Assembly (NCBI GenBank): GCA_964016885.1
Contig: OZ024741.1
Location: forward strand, 60,016,001-60,080,000
DNA: 64,000 nucleotides
Origin: Eledone cirrhosa
Lineage: Eukaryota
Reading direction: 5' to 3'
The notes beneath the pieces are model-generated. The model ran no database searches and was not told the DNA's origin. It saw only the letters and a program-made list of their open reading frames with translations. The translations under genes and the position numbers were made by a program. This document shows, piece by piece, positions 12,282 to 22,514 of the stretch (within the stretch, counting starts at the first letter, position 1; each line of letters opens with the position of its first letter).

Positions 12282-13210
12282 GAAATTGCTCCCGTAAGTT
12301 TTTTGATTTTTAACATATTTAAATCAATTGTGAAAGAACAATTCTTAGCACAAATGTTGCATAAAGGCACCGAATGAGGTCCCATAAAGTTTCGGATCCA
12401 TATTATATTGTTGTATCCATATTATATTGTTGTATCGCTCAAATATTCAATTTTGTATGATATATTTTGTATTCAAAAAAAGAAAATGGTTATAAATGGA
12501 ACAAAACACCCTCTGTCTACACTATATAGAACAGCGGCAATTTCAATTTCACCAACACCAGAAACTTGATACACTACCTATCCCATCACACTAAATATAA
12601 CGGCAACTTCACCGGCATCATAATAATAATTACTATTATTATTGTCTCAAATTTAAAAAAATGTTTAATTCAAATTTTACGGGAATATGTCAACACAAAA
12701 TATAATGAAAATATATATTAAACATACGAACACAAACTCATAGATACTATATCAGTAACCACAACACCACCGCTGCCACCATTCCACCACATCCATCATC
12801 GCCGCCACCACTCATTCAATGCTACTGACACTATTCCCCTGTTAACTTGAGAGAGAAAAGGGAAGGTGGTGGTAGCACTAGACAAGAGAGAGGCTAGCAA
12901 AAGATATAAATAGATTGACTTGGTGACCTTGCCACGGACAAACGTCTACATCAACAATTATGGGACTGCTGGCTCACCCCTTCCTCACCAACAATATAAA
13001 AAGCCCCGGCACCACCACCGACATAGCCAGCAGCAATAACAGCCAACTACAACAAAAAGTATATTATATTATTGTAATGCACTGGGTGATTGCTGGCCTT
13101 GTCCCTGGAGTGGAGACAATTATTAATAATTTCATTCTTAAGCCACGCAATGCTCACATTAAGGAACCACTCATGATAATAACAATTTAAAAAAAAACAA
13201 CAAAAATAAA
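12281..13210 (+). other. Shared 5' leader upstream of Dong-A (Tx1-5'UTR-like start, (CAC)n-rich decayed ORF1-like part, SINE tail fragment, A-run)
   Basis: 12281-12720 aligns with 50700-51150; 12590-13210 aligns with 45998-46740; begins directly after (TAA)n. Confidence 0.75.
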
Positions 13211-16200
13211 ACCCCGTGACCAAGAAATACCGGGATGGCGGCCGGCGGGGAATAGCCATGTCTCTAGGGGAGAACGACCCCTCTAGTCTTGGTTGACACT
13301 CGTTCTAGAAGTGGTAACACGAAAAGATTACCCCTTGGCGGATAAGGATAAAACGCGACAAAATAAAGTAGATGTCTAATGATGAAATCTCATACCGGAT
13401 CGGCCGTCACCCGGGTAAAAAAGGGCCGCGTCCCTCAGAGAGGAACCAGACTGGGGTCGAAAAATCAGCTAATGGTTCAAACCTTCCCATCACTTCGGAG
13501 CTGGAGACCTCCCATAACCGGAATACTCCTACTGTTGGCCCTCCATGCTCACCACCAAGAAATCCAAAGAAAAAGAGAGAAAAATGGTCAAGGGAAGATA
13601 ATAAAGAAGTCCTTGAGGCTTTCTATACTGCCATGTACTACCCATCAAATACATCGAATACAGAGCAAACATATATCAACTGGAAAAAGAAACATCCCGA
13701 AAACAGAGGCTATATTGACAGTAACAAACTAGCCAATATACGAAGAAATATTGTAAGAAAAAAGTTACTAACTGATATAGAAATTGATCAGATCAAGCTA
13801 GTAGCACAAAGTCAGCGAAGGGAAAATGAAGCACGTGTCAGTGAAAACGAGGTAAACTGTAACACTTCGAATCCCAGAGTTGGGGCGGAATCACTGGCAA
13901 CAGAACAAATTAAAGAAAGGAGCGAAAAAGTGGAGGGAGTGCATGCTCAGGATGAAACTCCAAATGAAAATAATGAGATCGTAAATGATAAAGAAATGAA
14001 TGAGAATGAACTTGCCAACTTGAAGGATGAAATTATGATCGAATGGATGAAAATGAAAGAAACTGACATGGGGGAACGAGACACCCTCCCTAAGATCCAG
14101 AACTCCAAACAGAACCAAAAGATAATACACAAGACTAACATAATTCTCAAAAACATTATCATCACAAACAAAATAAACATTACTGACTTAAATCATCTCT
14201 ATTATGCATCGGCTAAAGTCACCACTCACTTATGTGGAGTGAAGATGAAAAAACAAAGGAATTCCCACAAGAAATCTACTTGGCAAGATAACATCAATCG
14301 CCAAATAAACCTTCTCCGATCTGACATAGAAATTTTAACAAACTATAAAGTAGGTGAACATGTTAAACAAACTAAACTTAGAAAATTGAAAAAAAAGTAC
14401 AGTATAAGATCAACATGTGACATAGACATGCTGATAGAAACAATCAAGCAAAAAGTGTCGGCCAAAGCTGCTCGTATAAGGCGCTTTGAAAAACGATCTA
14501 GATTCTATAAGGACAATAATATGTTCAAAAACAACCAAAGAAACTTCTACAGAAAAATTGGTAAGTCAACAATAACTGCTAAATCAATACCACCCAAGGA
14601 GGAAGTGCAAGAATTCTGGGAAAAGATCTGGGCCGAAGAAAAAGTTCATAACATACATGCCCCATGGATAGACAGACAAATGAAAGAAACAGCTCACCTT
14701 GAAGAACAAACATGGGAAAATATAACAGTTGAACAGCTGCGCTTGGCTCTAAGAAAAACCAGCAAATGGAAATCCCCAGGAAAAGACAAAATACAAAACT
14801 TTTGGATAAATGCCTTCACAGAGTCTCATGAGCTGTTGGCCCAACTTTACAATGAAATAGTTAAGGAGCCAGAAAAGATACCATCATGGCTAGTTAACGG
14901 CATTACATTCCTGCTACCGAAGAATGATGAGACAAACAATCCCAAAAATTACAGACCGATAACCTGCTTGACCACAATGTATAAAATTTTAACATCAGTC
15001 CTAACTGAATACACATATGACCACCTGATAACAAATGACCTATTTCCCATTGAGCAGAAAGGGTGTAAACGAGGCTCATATGGCTGTAAGGATCAGCTTC
15101 TGGTTAACAAAATGATACTGGAAGATTGTCATAATAGACACAAAAATCTATCGATTGCTTGGATAGATTATAAAAAAGCATTTGATAGTTTGCCACACAG
15201 TTGGATTGAAAAATGTTTAGAGATTTTCAAAATATCCCCCGTTGTCAGGAGGTTTTTGTCATTCAGTATGAGGACATGGAGAACGACACTCCTTTTGAAT
15301 AGTGAAACAAAATCACTGGAAGCTGGAGAAGTTAACATTAATTGTGGAATTTTTCAGGGTGACTCTTTATCACCGCTTTTATTCTGCATCGCACTTATAC
15401 CATTAAGTAAAATGCTCAATGAAACAAAACATGGATATAGAGTCTATGACAAAACCATTAATCACCTGTTCTACATGGATGACCTGAAACTATTCGCAAA
15501 AAATGATGAACAATTGCAAGGGCTATTATCCACTGTGAAGCAGTTCAGTGATGACATTAAAATGGAGTTTGGACTGGATAAATGCGCCAAAGCAACGTTC
15601 ACCAGAGGAAAGCTGCTGAAGAGTTCAGACATTAATCTTGATCGGGGGAACGTGATAAGAGAGCTTGATCAAGAACAAACTTACAAATATCTAGGTGTTT
15701 GTGAAGGAGACGGAATCAAGCACTCGACAATGAGGGAAAGGATAAGGAAGGAATGTTACCGCAGAGTCAGAGCAATCTTAAGAACGGAATTGAATGCAAG
15801 GAATAGGATCGATGCCATAAACACGCTTGCCATACCAGTAGTAACCTACAGTTACAATGTCATCAACTGGTCAAGCACAGAGATCCGTAGGCTCGATACA
15901 AAAATCCGAAAATTCTTAACCATGCACAGAATGCATCACCCTAAGGCAGACATAGATAGAATATATCTCCCTAGGAAAGAAGGAGGACGTGGGTTAATCC
16001 AGTTAGACATTGCGTTGAAAACTGCAACAATTGGATTATCCACATATCTAAGGGAATCACATGATTGGATGATCAAACTCGTTTTGAAACACGAAAGCAC
16101 CAAAAGATCATATTCCATTACAAAAGATGCACAAAGATACAGTAATGGACTACAAATTTCAGAAGTCCCATTTACTGCTGAAATGGAAAACACAGAAAAA

Positions 16201-17163
16201 GCAAAGCAGGTAAAAGTAACTGCAAAGAAAGAACTGCTACAGAAACTGGCTAAGAAATGGCAAGAAAAGCCTCTGTATGGAAAATACCCAGAGCGAGCTA
16301 ACAATCCTGATGTTGACAAAACTTTAACCCATCAGTGGTTGGCATCCTCTGGACTGAAATCGGAGACTGAAGGACTGATTATCTCCGCACAAGATCAGTG
16401 TCTGCCAACAAAAAATTACCAAGCCAACATAATAAAAAATGGGTGCAGCCCATTATGCCGTGTATGCAAAAAACAACCAGAGACCATTGACCATATAATT
16501 TCAATGTGCAGTCCTATAGCTCCAACCGAATACCTAAACAGGCATGACAGAGCTGCACAATACATACATTGGATAATGTGTAAGCATTTTGACCTGCCCC
16601 ATCAAAAGAATTGGTGGGAGCATCAACCACTTCCCATACTTGAAAAAGATCACATCTCAATCTTGTGGAACTTTAGCATCCAAACAGACCGAAAAATAGA
16701 TGCAAATAGACCTGATATAATATTGAAGGACTTTCAAAGGAGGGTATGCCTGCTAATTGATATGTCTGTTCCAATAGACAAGAATGTATCTATAAAAACA
16801 TTTGAAAAATTGAGCAAGTATAAGGACCTGGAGATAGAAATTGGAAAAATGTGGAAATTGAGAACTAAAACAATACCAGTGGTTGTAGGCGCTCTGGGAA
16901 TGATACCTAAGGGGTCTAACGACTACTTATCGCAAATCCCAGGAAACCCGCGTATAGGAGAAATACAAAAGATAGTACTAATGGGAACTGCCCATATACT
17001 AAGGAAGATCCTGTCAATATAAGTACATCACAAGTCTAAACACTAAGGATGCATGTGTGAATATGTGTGTTCTTTCTTGAACATGGCGGACCTTGTTGTC
17101 TCTTGAGGTCACTGGTTGTGACTTGGTGATAACTCGTATAAACATAAAGCAAGATAAATGCAA
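13211..17163 (+). mobile_element. R4/Dong family A, copy D2, apparently intact
   Basis: Structured 5'UTR, uninterrupted ORF, about 140-nt 3'UTR ending in (TAA)n. Confidence 0.95.
13372..17022 (+). CDS. R4/Dong polyprotein, 1216 aa: reverse transcriptase + CCHC zinc knuckle + restriction-like (PD-D/ExK) endonuclease
   Basis: KSPGKD, NYRPITCL, WIDYKKAFDS, GIFQGDSLSPLLF, YMDDLK, YKYLG; CRVC..ETIDHIISMC; RHD, NRPDII, IDMSVP, EKLSKY. Confidence 0.95.
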   Translation: MSNDEISYRIGRHPGKKGPRPSERNQTGVEKSANGSNLPITSELETSHNRNTPTVGPPCSPPRNPKKKREKWSREDNKEVLEAFYTAMYYPSNTSNTEQTYINWKKKHPENRGYIDSNKLANIRRNIVRKKLLTDIEIDQIKLVAQSQRRENEARVSENEVNCNTSNPRVGAESLATEQIKERSEKVEGVHAQDETPNENNEIVNDKEMNENELANLKDEIMIEWMKMKETDMGERDTLPKIQNSKQNQKIIHKTNIILKNIIITNKINITDLNHLYYASAKVTTHLCGVKMKKQRNSHKKSTWQDNINRQINLLRSDIEILTNYKVGEHVKQTKLRKLKKKYSIRSTCDIDMLIETIKQKVSAKAARIRRFEKRSRFYKDNNMFKNNQRNFYRKIGKSTITAKSIPPKEEVQEFWEKIWAEEKVHNIHAPWIDRQMKETAHLEEQTWENITVEQLRLALRKTSKWKSPGKDKIQNFWINAFTESHELLAQLYNEIVKEPEKIPSWLVNGITFLLPKNDETNNPKNYRPITCLTTMYKILTSVLTEYTYDHLITNDLFPIEQKGCKRGSYGCKDQLLVNKMILEDCHNRHKNLSIAWIDYKKAFDSLPHSWIEKCLEIFKISPVVRRFLSFSMRTWRTTLLLNSETKSLEAGEVNINCGIFQGDSLSPLLFCIALIPLSKMLNETKHGYRVYDKTINHLFYMDDLKLFAKNDEQLQGLLSTVKQFSDDIKMEFGLDKCAKATFTRGKLLKSSDINLDRGNVIRELDQEQTYKYLGVCEGDGIKHSTMRERIRKECYRRVRAILRTELNARNRIDAINTLAIPVVTYSYNVINWSSTEIRRLDTKIRKFLTMHRMHHPKADIDRIYLPRKEGGRGLIQLDIALKTATIGLSTYLRESHDWMIKLVLKHESTKRSYSITKDAQRYSNGLQISEVPFTAEMENTEKAKQVKVTAKKELLQKLAKKWQEKPLYGKYPERANNPDVDKTLTHQWLASSGLKSETEGLIISAQDQCLPTKNYQANIIKNGCSPLCRVCKKQPETIDHIISMCSPIAPTEYLNRHDRAAQYIHWIMCKHFDLPHQKNWWEHQPLPILEKDHISILWNFSIQTDRKIDANRPDIILKDFQRRVCLLIDMSVPIDKNVSIKTFEKLSKYKDLEIEIGKMWKLRTKTIPVVVGALGMIPKGSNDYLSQIPGNPRIGEIQKIVLMGTAHILRKILSI

Positions 17164-17188
17164 ATAATAATAATAATAATAATAATAA

Positions 17189-17847
17189 TATATGTATGCA
17201 ATTTGGTATTAGTAAGTGTGGAGTCATTGTGATGAAGAGGGGTAAGTTGAGCAGAAGTAACGGAATCCAGGTACCAACAGGTGAGATGGTAAAGGAAATT
17301 GACTCTGAAGAAGGATACAAGTATTTGGGCGTTCTGGAGGCTGATGACATCAAGAACAAAAAAATGAAGGAATTGATAAGAACTGAATATATTCGGAGAG
17401 TAAGGAGCGTATTAAAGTCACATCTGAACAGTAGGAATGCCATAAGTGCAGTAAATTCCCGAGCTGTGTCTATTATTAGGTACAGTGCGGGAATTCTGAG
17501 ATGGAATGTTGCTGAACAGAAATAAATGGATAGGAAGACTAGGAAGCTATTGACTATCTACAACATGTTCCACAAGAGGAGTGATGTCAATAGACTCTAC
17601 TTAAGGAGATCTGAGAGTGGAAGTGGTCTTATCAGCATGGAGGACTGTGTTCAGATGGAGAAAAACAACCTACACAAATACGTGACTGATAGTAAGGAGC
17701 CAATGCTCAGAACTGTACTGAAGGAGGGGACAATAGGCCAGGGGATGTCCATGGAGGAAATAACATCAAGGAGAAAGAGCAGCCTTCAGGAAAAATCCCT
17801 TCATAGTACCTTCTTTGAGAAAACTGAATTTAGAGATCCACAGACAT
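17189..17847 (+). mobile_element. R4/Dong family B internal fragment inserted in the TAA tail of D2, cut at its 3' side by a Penelope-like element
   Basis: Matches 58515-59175 (FGISKC, YKYLG, RLYLRR). Confidence 0.9.
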
Positions 17848-18945
17848 ATATAGTGGTAGAACACTGGAAGGTAATATCCGTAGTGGTAGAGCACGCAGTC
17901 CATGGGACGAGTTAGTTAGGTAGAAGTGGTTACACAACAGTTAGTTCACCATACCGAGAACAATTGTTTCACCTTAGCGGATGCTGAGCTCGTAATGGAC
18001 ATGGTTATAGGGAACAGGAAGGACAACCGTACGAACGCGCATGCGCAGAAATGATCACATCACACAGGCAATACTAAATTGCGTGCGAGAGATGTAAGTG
18101 AGATAACTGCTTATGTCCGAAAGTTTCTAGTTGATAAGAAAATTAGGATGTTGTTGTAATTCAAACCGGAGCTTTGTAGTTATGTAAGAGGTGTTTCCAT
18201 GATACTCCTCTGCTAAGAACATGAAGGCCCACATCACCAACAGCCCTAAGAGCAACACCCCTCATGGGTGCTCTTGCCGTTAGTCCGAAGGTGTCCCATT
18301 CAACAGCAATGCAAAACATCCCCTGTAGTTTATGAAGCTGTGGTCACTTCCAACCGACCAAATCAACCACAGGATGTCAAATCCTATGTGAGTATGGCGG
18401 AGAGACGATTTAAAGAACGCTTCTTGAACGACCAGTCGACCTTTAGATACCCGGACAGACGTTCATCCACGAAACTCGCGAGCCACGTATAGGACTCAAG
18501 TATAGACTACTCCATTCAATGGAAAGCCATCACTAAGTCCCAGCCATACTCAAGGGGCAATCCGTCGTGTGGACTATGTATTGATTAACGAAAAAATATT
18601 CTAAAGAGATTACGCAATAGTGATTGCCTAAACACGACAACTGAATTCTTCATACGTTTTCCCGACGTCTGGAAACACCTCTTACCTAACTACAAAGCTC
18701 CGGATTAAATTACAACAACATCCTAATTTTCTTATCAACTAGAAACTTTCGGACTTTCGCAGTTATCTCCCTTACACCTCTCGCACGCAATTTAGTATTG
18801 CCTGTGTGAAGTGATCGTATCTGCACATGCGCGTTCGTAGGGTTGTCCTTCCTGTTCCCTATAACTATGTCCATTACGAGCTGAGGATCCGCTAAGGTGA
18901 AACAATTGTTCTTGGTATGGTGAACTAACTGTTGTGTAACCACTT
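17848..18945 (+). mobile_element. Penelope-like element: GIY-YIG fragment between about 275-bp inverted pseudo-LTRs (17924-18199 / 18670-18945), ending in (TA)n
   Basis: Arms are reverse complements by eye; internal peptide CPIQQQC..VVYEAVV..SYVSMAERRFKER..STKLASH..IQW..CGLC is a typical PLE GIY-YIG pattern. Confidence 0.85.
18877..18914 (+). ncRNA. Minimal type-I hammerhead ribozyme motif in PLE pseudo-LTR
   Basis: CGAG-CTGAGGA-tccgctaaggt-GAAAC-AATT-GTT-CTTG; palindromic stem III as described for PLE hammerheads. Confidence 0.7.
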
Positions 18946-18956
18946 ATATATATATA

Positions 18957-19005
<49 letters not shown>

Positions 19006-19014
<9 letters not shown>

Positions 19015-19300
19015 TAAACGGAAAAGAAAATGCTAAGTTTTACCGGTTGCGCATTTCTAATGCTTTTCAAAAATAATTTTGAGATAGAGCGTCCGTGATG
19101 TTTGCTCAGATCAGAGCAAACATCACGGACGCTCTATCTCAAAATTATTTTTGAAAAGCATTAGAAATGCGCAATCGGTAAGACGTAAAACCAAAACTGA
19201 ATACTAACCAATAGTATTACTAATTCTCACTTATTCCTAATTAAACTATTTTTCACTGTGAAAAATTTGTCAGCATTTTCTTTTCCGTTTACCAATATAT
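19006..19300. repeat. Nested inverted repeats: 68-bp-arm palindrome (19040-19107 / 19114-19181) inside a 29-bp inverted repeat (19006-19034 / 19272-19300), between (TA)n tracts
   Basis: Direct reverse-complement comparison. Confidence 0.9.
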
Positions 19301-19325
19301 CATAACTTGTGTGTTACACCTCTAT

Positions 19326-19404
<79 letters not shown>

Positions 19405-19407
<3 letters not shown>

Positions 19408-20177
19408 GGGAAAAATGAAACAAAATTTCATTTCCCACATTTAGTACGGCTGTTACTTAAATATAAGTATGTACACGTACATACAGATATGTATACAGAC
19501 GTACCGTAGTATGTATATATATATACATGCATGCACACACATATATATATATATATGTATGGATTCACCGAACATTTATTATAATGCTCGGTGTGTTTGT
19601 AAACAAACATCCCGTATTAAGCCGTAGTGTCTAGCAACCATCGTTGCTCGTTTATTCAACACTGACAAAGGAACGCTGTACTAGTTTCAAGCTTATTAGC
19701 TATCGTCAGCATCATATACCTTCCTGCCAGATTGTTGAATGTATATACTTACCTTATGCATATTAACGGCTGAGTAGCCCAATTTACATATCGAGTGGGT
19801 TAATTGGCCGGGTGCACCGAAAACGAAAAACGGAAAAAAATGAAACGAAATTTCATTTCCCACTCTTAGTACGGCTGTTACTTATATATAAGTATGTACA
19901 CGTACATACATATATGCATACAGACGTACAGTAGTATGTATATATATATATACATACATGCACACATATATGTATATGTACGTATGGATTCACCGAACAT
20001 TTATTATAATGCTCGGTGTGTTTGTAAACAAACATCCCGTATTAAGCCGTAGTGTCTAGCAACCATCGTTGCTCGTTTGTTCAACAATGACAAAGGAACG
20101 CTGTGCATGTATGTATATATATATATACATACTATTGTACGTCTGTATACATATATGAATGTACGTGTACATACTTA

Positions 20178-20180
<3 letters not shown>
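19405..20180 (-). mobile_element. PLE-type pseudo-LTR: tandem copy (19405-19678 / 19827-20104) plus short inverted copy (about 20105-20180)
   Basis: Direct repeat visible; contains a hammerhead motif; bounded by (TA)n. Confidence 0.65.
19675..19713 (-). ncRNA. Minimal hammerhead ribozyme motif
   Basis: Minus strand reads gatg-CTGACGA-tagctaataagctt-GAAAC-TA-GTA-cagc. Confidence 0.72.
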
Positions 20181-20236
<56 letters not shown>

Positions 20237-20238
<2 letters not shown>

Positions 20239-20414
20239 CGAAGGAAAAGTGGTAAGGAACCAAGTGGACCATAACGTACCAAAGTACTCAATACTTAGGG
20301 TAGTAGAGTGGGTAATAGGAGTAAGTAAGACCCCGACGGCTGAGCTCAAGCCGTTTCATGTACAGAATTAGCCGTCGAAACGGCTTGAGCTCAGCCGTCG
20401 GGGTCTTACTTACT

Positions 20415-20419
<5 letters not shown>
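20237..20419. repeat. PLE-like terminal fragment with 43-bp perfect inverted repeat (20315-20357 / 20377-20419)
   Basis: Arms are exact reverse complements; sequence resembles 27500-27615 downstream of a GIY-YIG remnant. Confidence 0.75.
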
Positions 20420-20482
<63 letters not shown>

Positions 20483-21244
20483 AATACATATATATATACA
20501 TGTGTGTATATATATATATATATATATATTATAGTAAAAAGAATATTCCGGCGAAACTTCTATTCTATTTTAGACTTCACTTACCTCGTTCAAAACATAC
20601 ATACTTTATACATATATACATATAAATTACACAATAATCAAAGCTATGTTCAAATCATTTTATTGCTGATAATCGTGTTTTCCAAACTATTGTTTGGAAT
20701 CATCGGAGCAGTAGCAATGTTCGTACATATAATTAACCTCCTATTCAACTGAACAATCATATATATACATTGATATTAATGTTGTCAACAACAGTTTCGT
20801 ATTTGCAGAGTGGAAATGATGCGACATAGGCTTCAAGAGAATTGTACAATAATTAAAATTAAAAATTAAAAATTAAAAAGGCACAGAATGGAATGCATGC
20901 GACAGAGATTACAAGGGAATAGTATAACAATTAATGAGGCATGAGGCATTAAGGTAAAAAGTTACTCGTAAAACGAGGACACTAGCATTCTTTCACTCTG
21001 GTCGTCTATTCTTGTAACACTAGTTTTAATTTTCATGTTTTTTTTCTACAAAATTCTATCTCTATGACCTACATTAATCCCTCTTGTTTCCTCACTGGAT
21101 ATAATATTCATTTATTGAAATCATGTTCTGGTTGTTTCCAGATTTCAAGGAGATTATCGTGTCAGATTTTTTTCTCTTTACTTTTCTTTTTTGTCTAACT
21201 GCCAACAAATTAAGTCATATTTTTGATCTACTGCATTACTGATT

Positions 21245-21890
21245 GTGGAAATGTGTGGATTACTGGTTTAAGGTATTCGATTCATGATCTTAAGGTCGTG
21301 AGTTTGATTTCCAATGACCTGTTGTCATTGCACAAGACACTTTATATCACATTGCTCCAGTCCACTCAGATGAAAAGCAAAACGTTGCACATTCTCACAC
21401 ATTCTCACACTCTAAGTCTCCCTGAGAACTACGTTAAGGGTATACGTGTCGGTGGAATGCTCAGTCATTTACACTTGCCTTTGGAGATTTTTCCGCGGCG
21501 CGCAGTCCTACCCTAGGCCTAGAACCCATCACACTTCTCCCTTCTCCTGTGGACCAAAAGTCCTTGTTGTCCCTCCTTTTCCTCTCATTTATGGCATTTA
21601 TAGTCTCCTTTCTTCTTCTTTTCCATACAGCCGGACCCGTCCAAATTTACTCTTTCCCCTTTTTCTCATTACTTGATTTTTTTTTTCTTACATTTTCATA
21701 GATATGTGATTATCAATGGTTTTATACCAACTCTATGATTGTAACATATGTTATTAAGAATAAACATTTCTGCTTTCAGTTTAGAGCCATTAAAACAAAT
21801 CAACTTTACACGTTAATTCCATGAAGAGTCTGGTTTGTTGAACAAATCAGTGGAACACCCATCATCGGAACGGACAGGTGTCCATTCCTT
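21245..21890 (+). mobile_element. tRNA-derived SINE interrupted by a 330-bp insert (21475-21804)
   Basis: Degenerate A/B boxes (TGGATTACTGGTT, GAGTTTGATT), then a GTCATTGCACAAGACACTTTA core-type motif also seen at 25904; TTTACAC duplicated around the insert. Confidence 0.55.
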
Positions 21891-22099
21891 CTATGTAACG
21901 ATTCTTCGAAAACTTAGAAAATACAGAACTGCATAATCATCTAAATATAGAAACCCATGCCAGCTAGGTTCAGAGGATTTCCTAAATTCTCTCTCATAAA
22001 TCCCATCTTATCACCTTAAAAATATAGTCCTTGGAAAATTAAGACTGAAAGAAATATGTATGCGATAAGAATGTCTCAGGAAAGTATCATTGGATAGAT

Positions 22100-22293
22100 T
22101 TTAAGGGCAAAACCAACCGGCGGGAGACGCAGAGGGAAGATGGTTGGCTAACATCCACGAGTATGGCTGGTTTCGCCTGAAGATCCAGCTGGATCAGTTG
22201 AAGATGGTGGCTTCTGACAGGACCCACTGGAAGGAGTGTTTCGGAACTCTGCCCCCACGACCGTCACGGGAATAAGTGGGCGAAGAAGAAGAA
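22100..22293 (+). mobile_element. RTE-clade LINE 3' fragment with (GAA)n tail
   Basis: Translates RWLANI...MVASDRTHWKE...RE*, the RTE-type C-terminal RW..A.DR..W pattern. Confidence 0.6.
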
Positions 22294-22514
22294 AAGTAAT
22301 GAACAGATTCTAGGTTGATAGTCATGGTATAAAATACGGTGGTCTTGGTTGTAACGTGTGACCATGGGTTAAACACTTTCAATCCCACTCAAACGTACGC
22401 ATGATTACGTGCATCCACATTTTAACAGATAACTACAAACAAGACTACAGAGTTATTAAATATTGGCAATATAGTCAGTATGCATGCTTAACTGCGTTGT
22501 AAGACTAAAACACT

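Noticed and set aside
13240-13250. GGCCGGC identical to the HDV P1 start
   Set aside because: The downstream P3/L3 and complementary P1 strand are absent.
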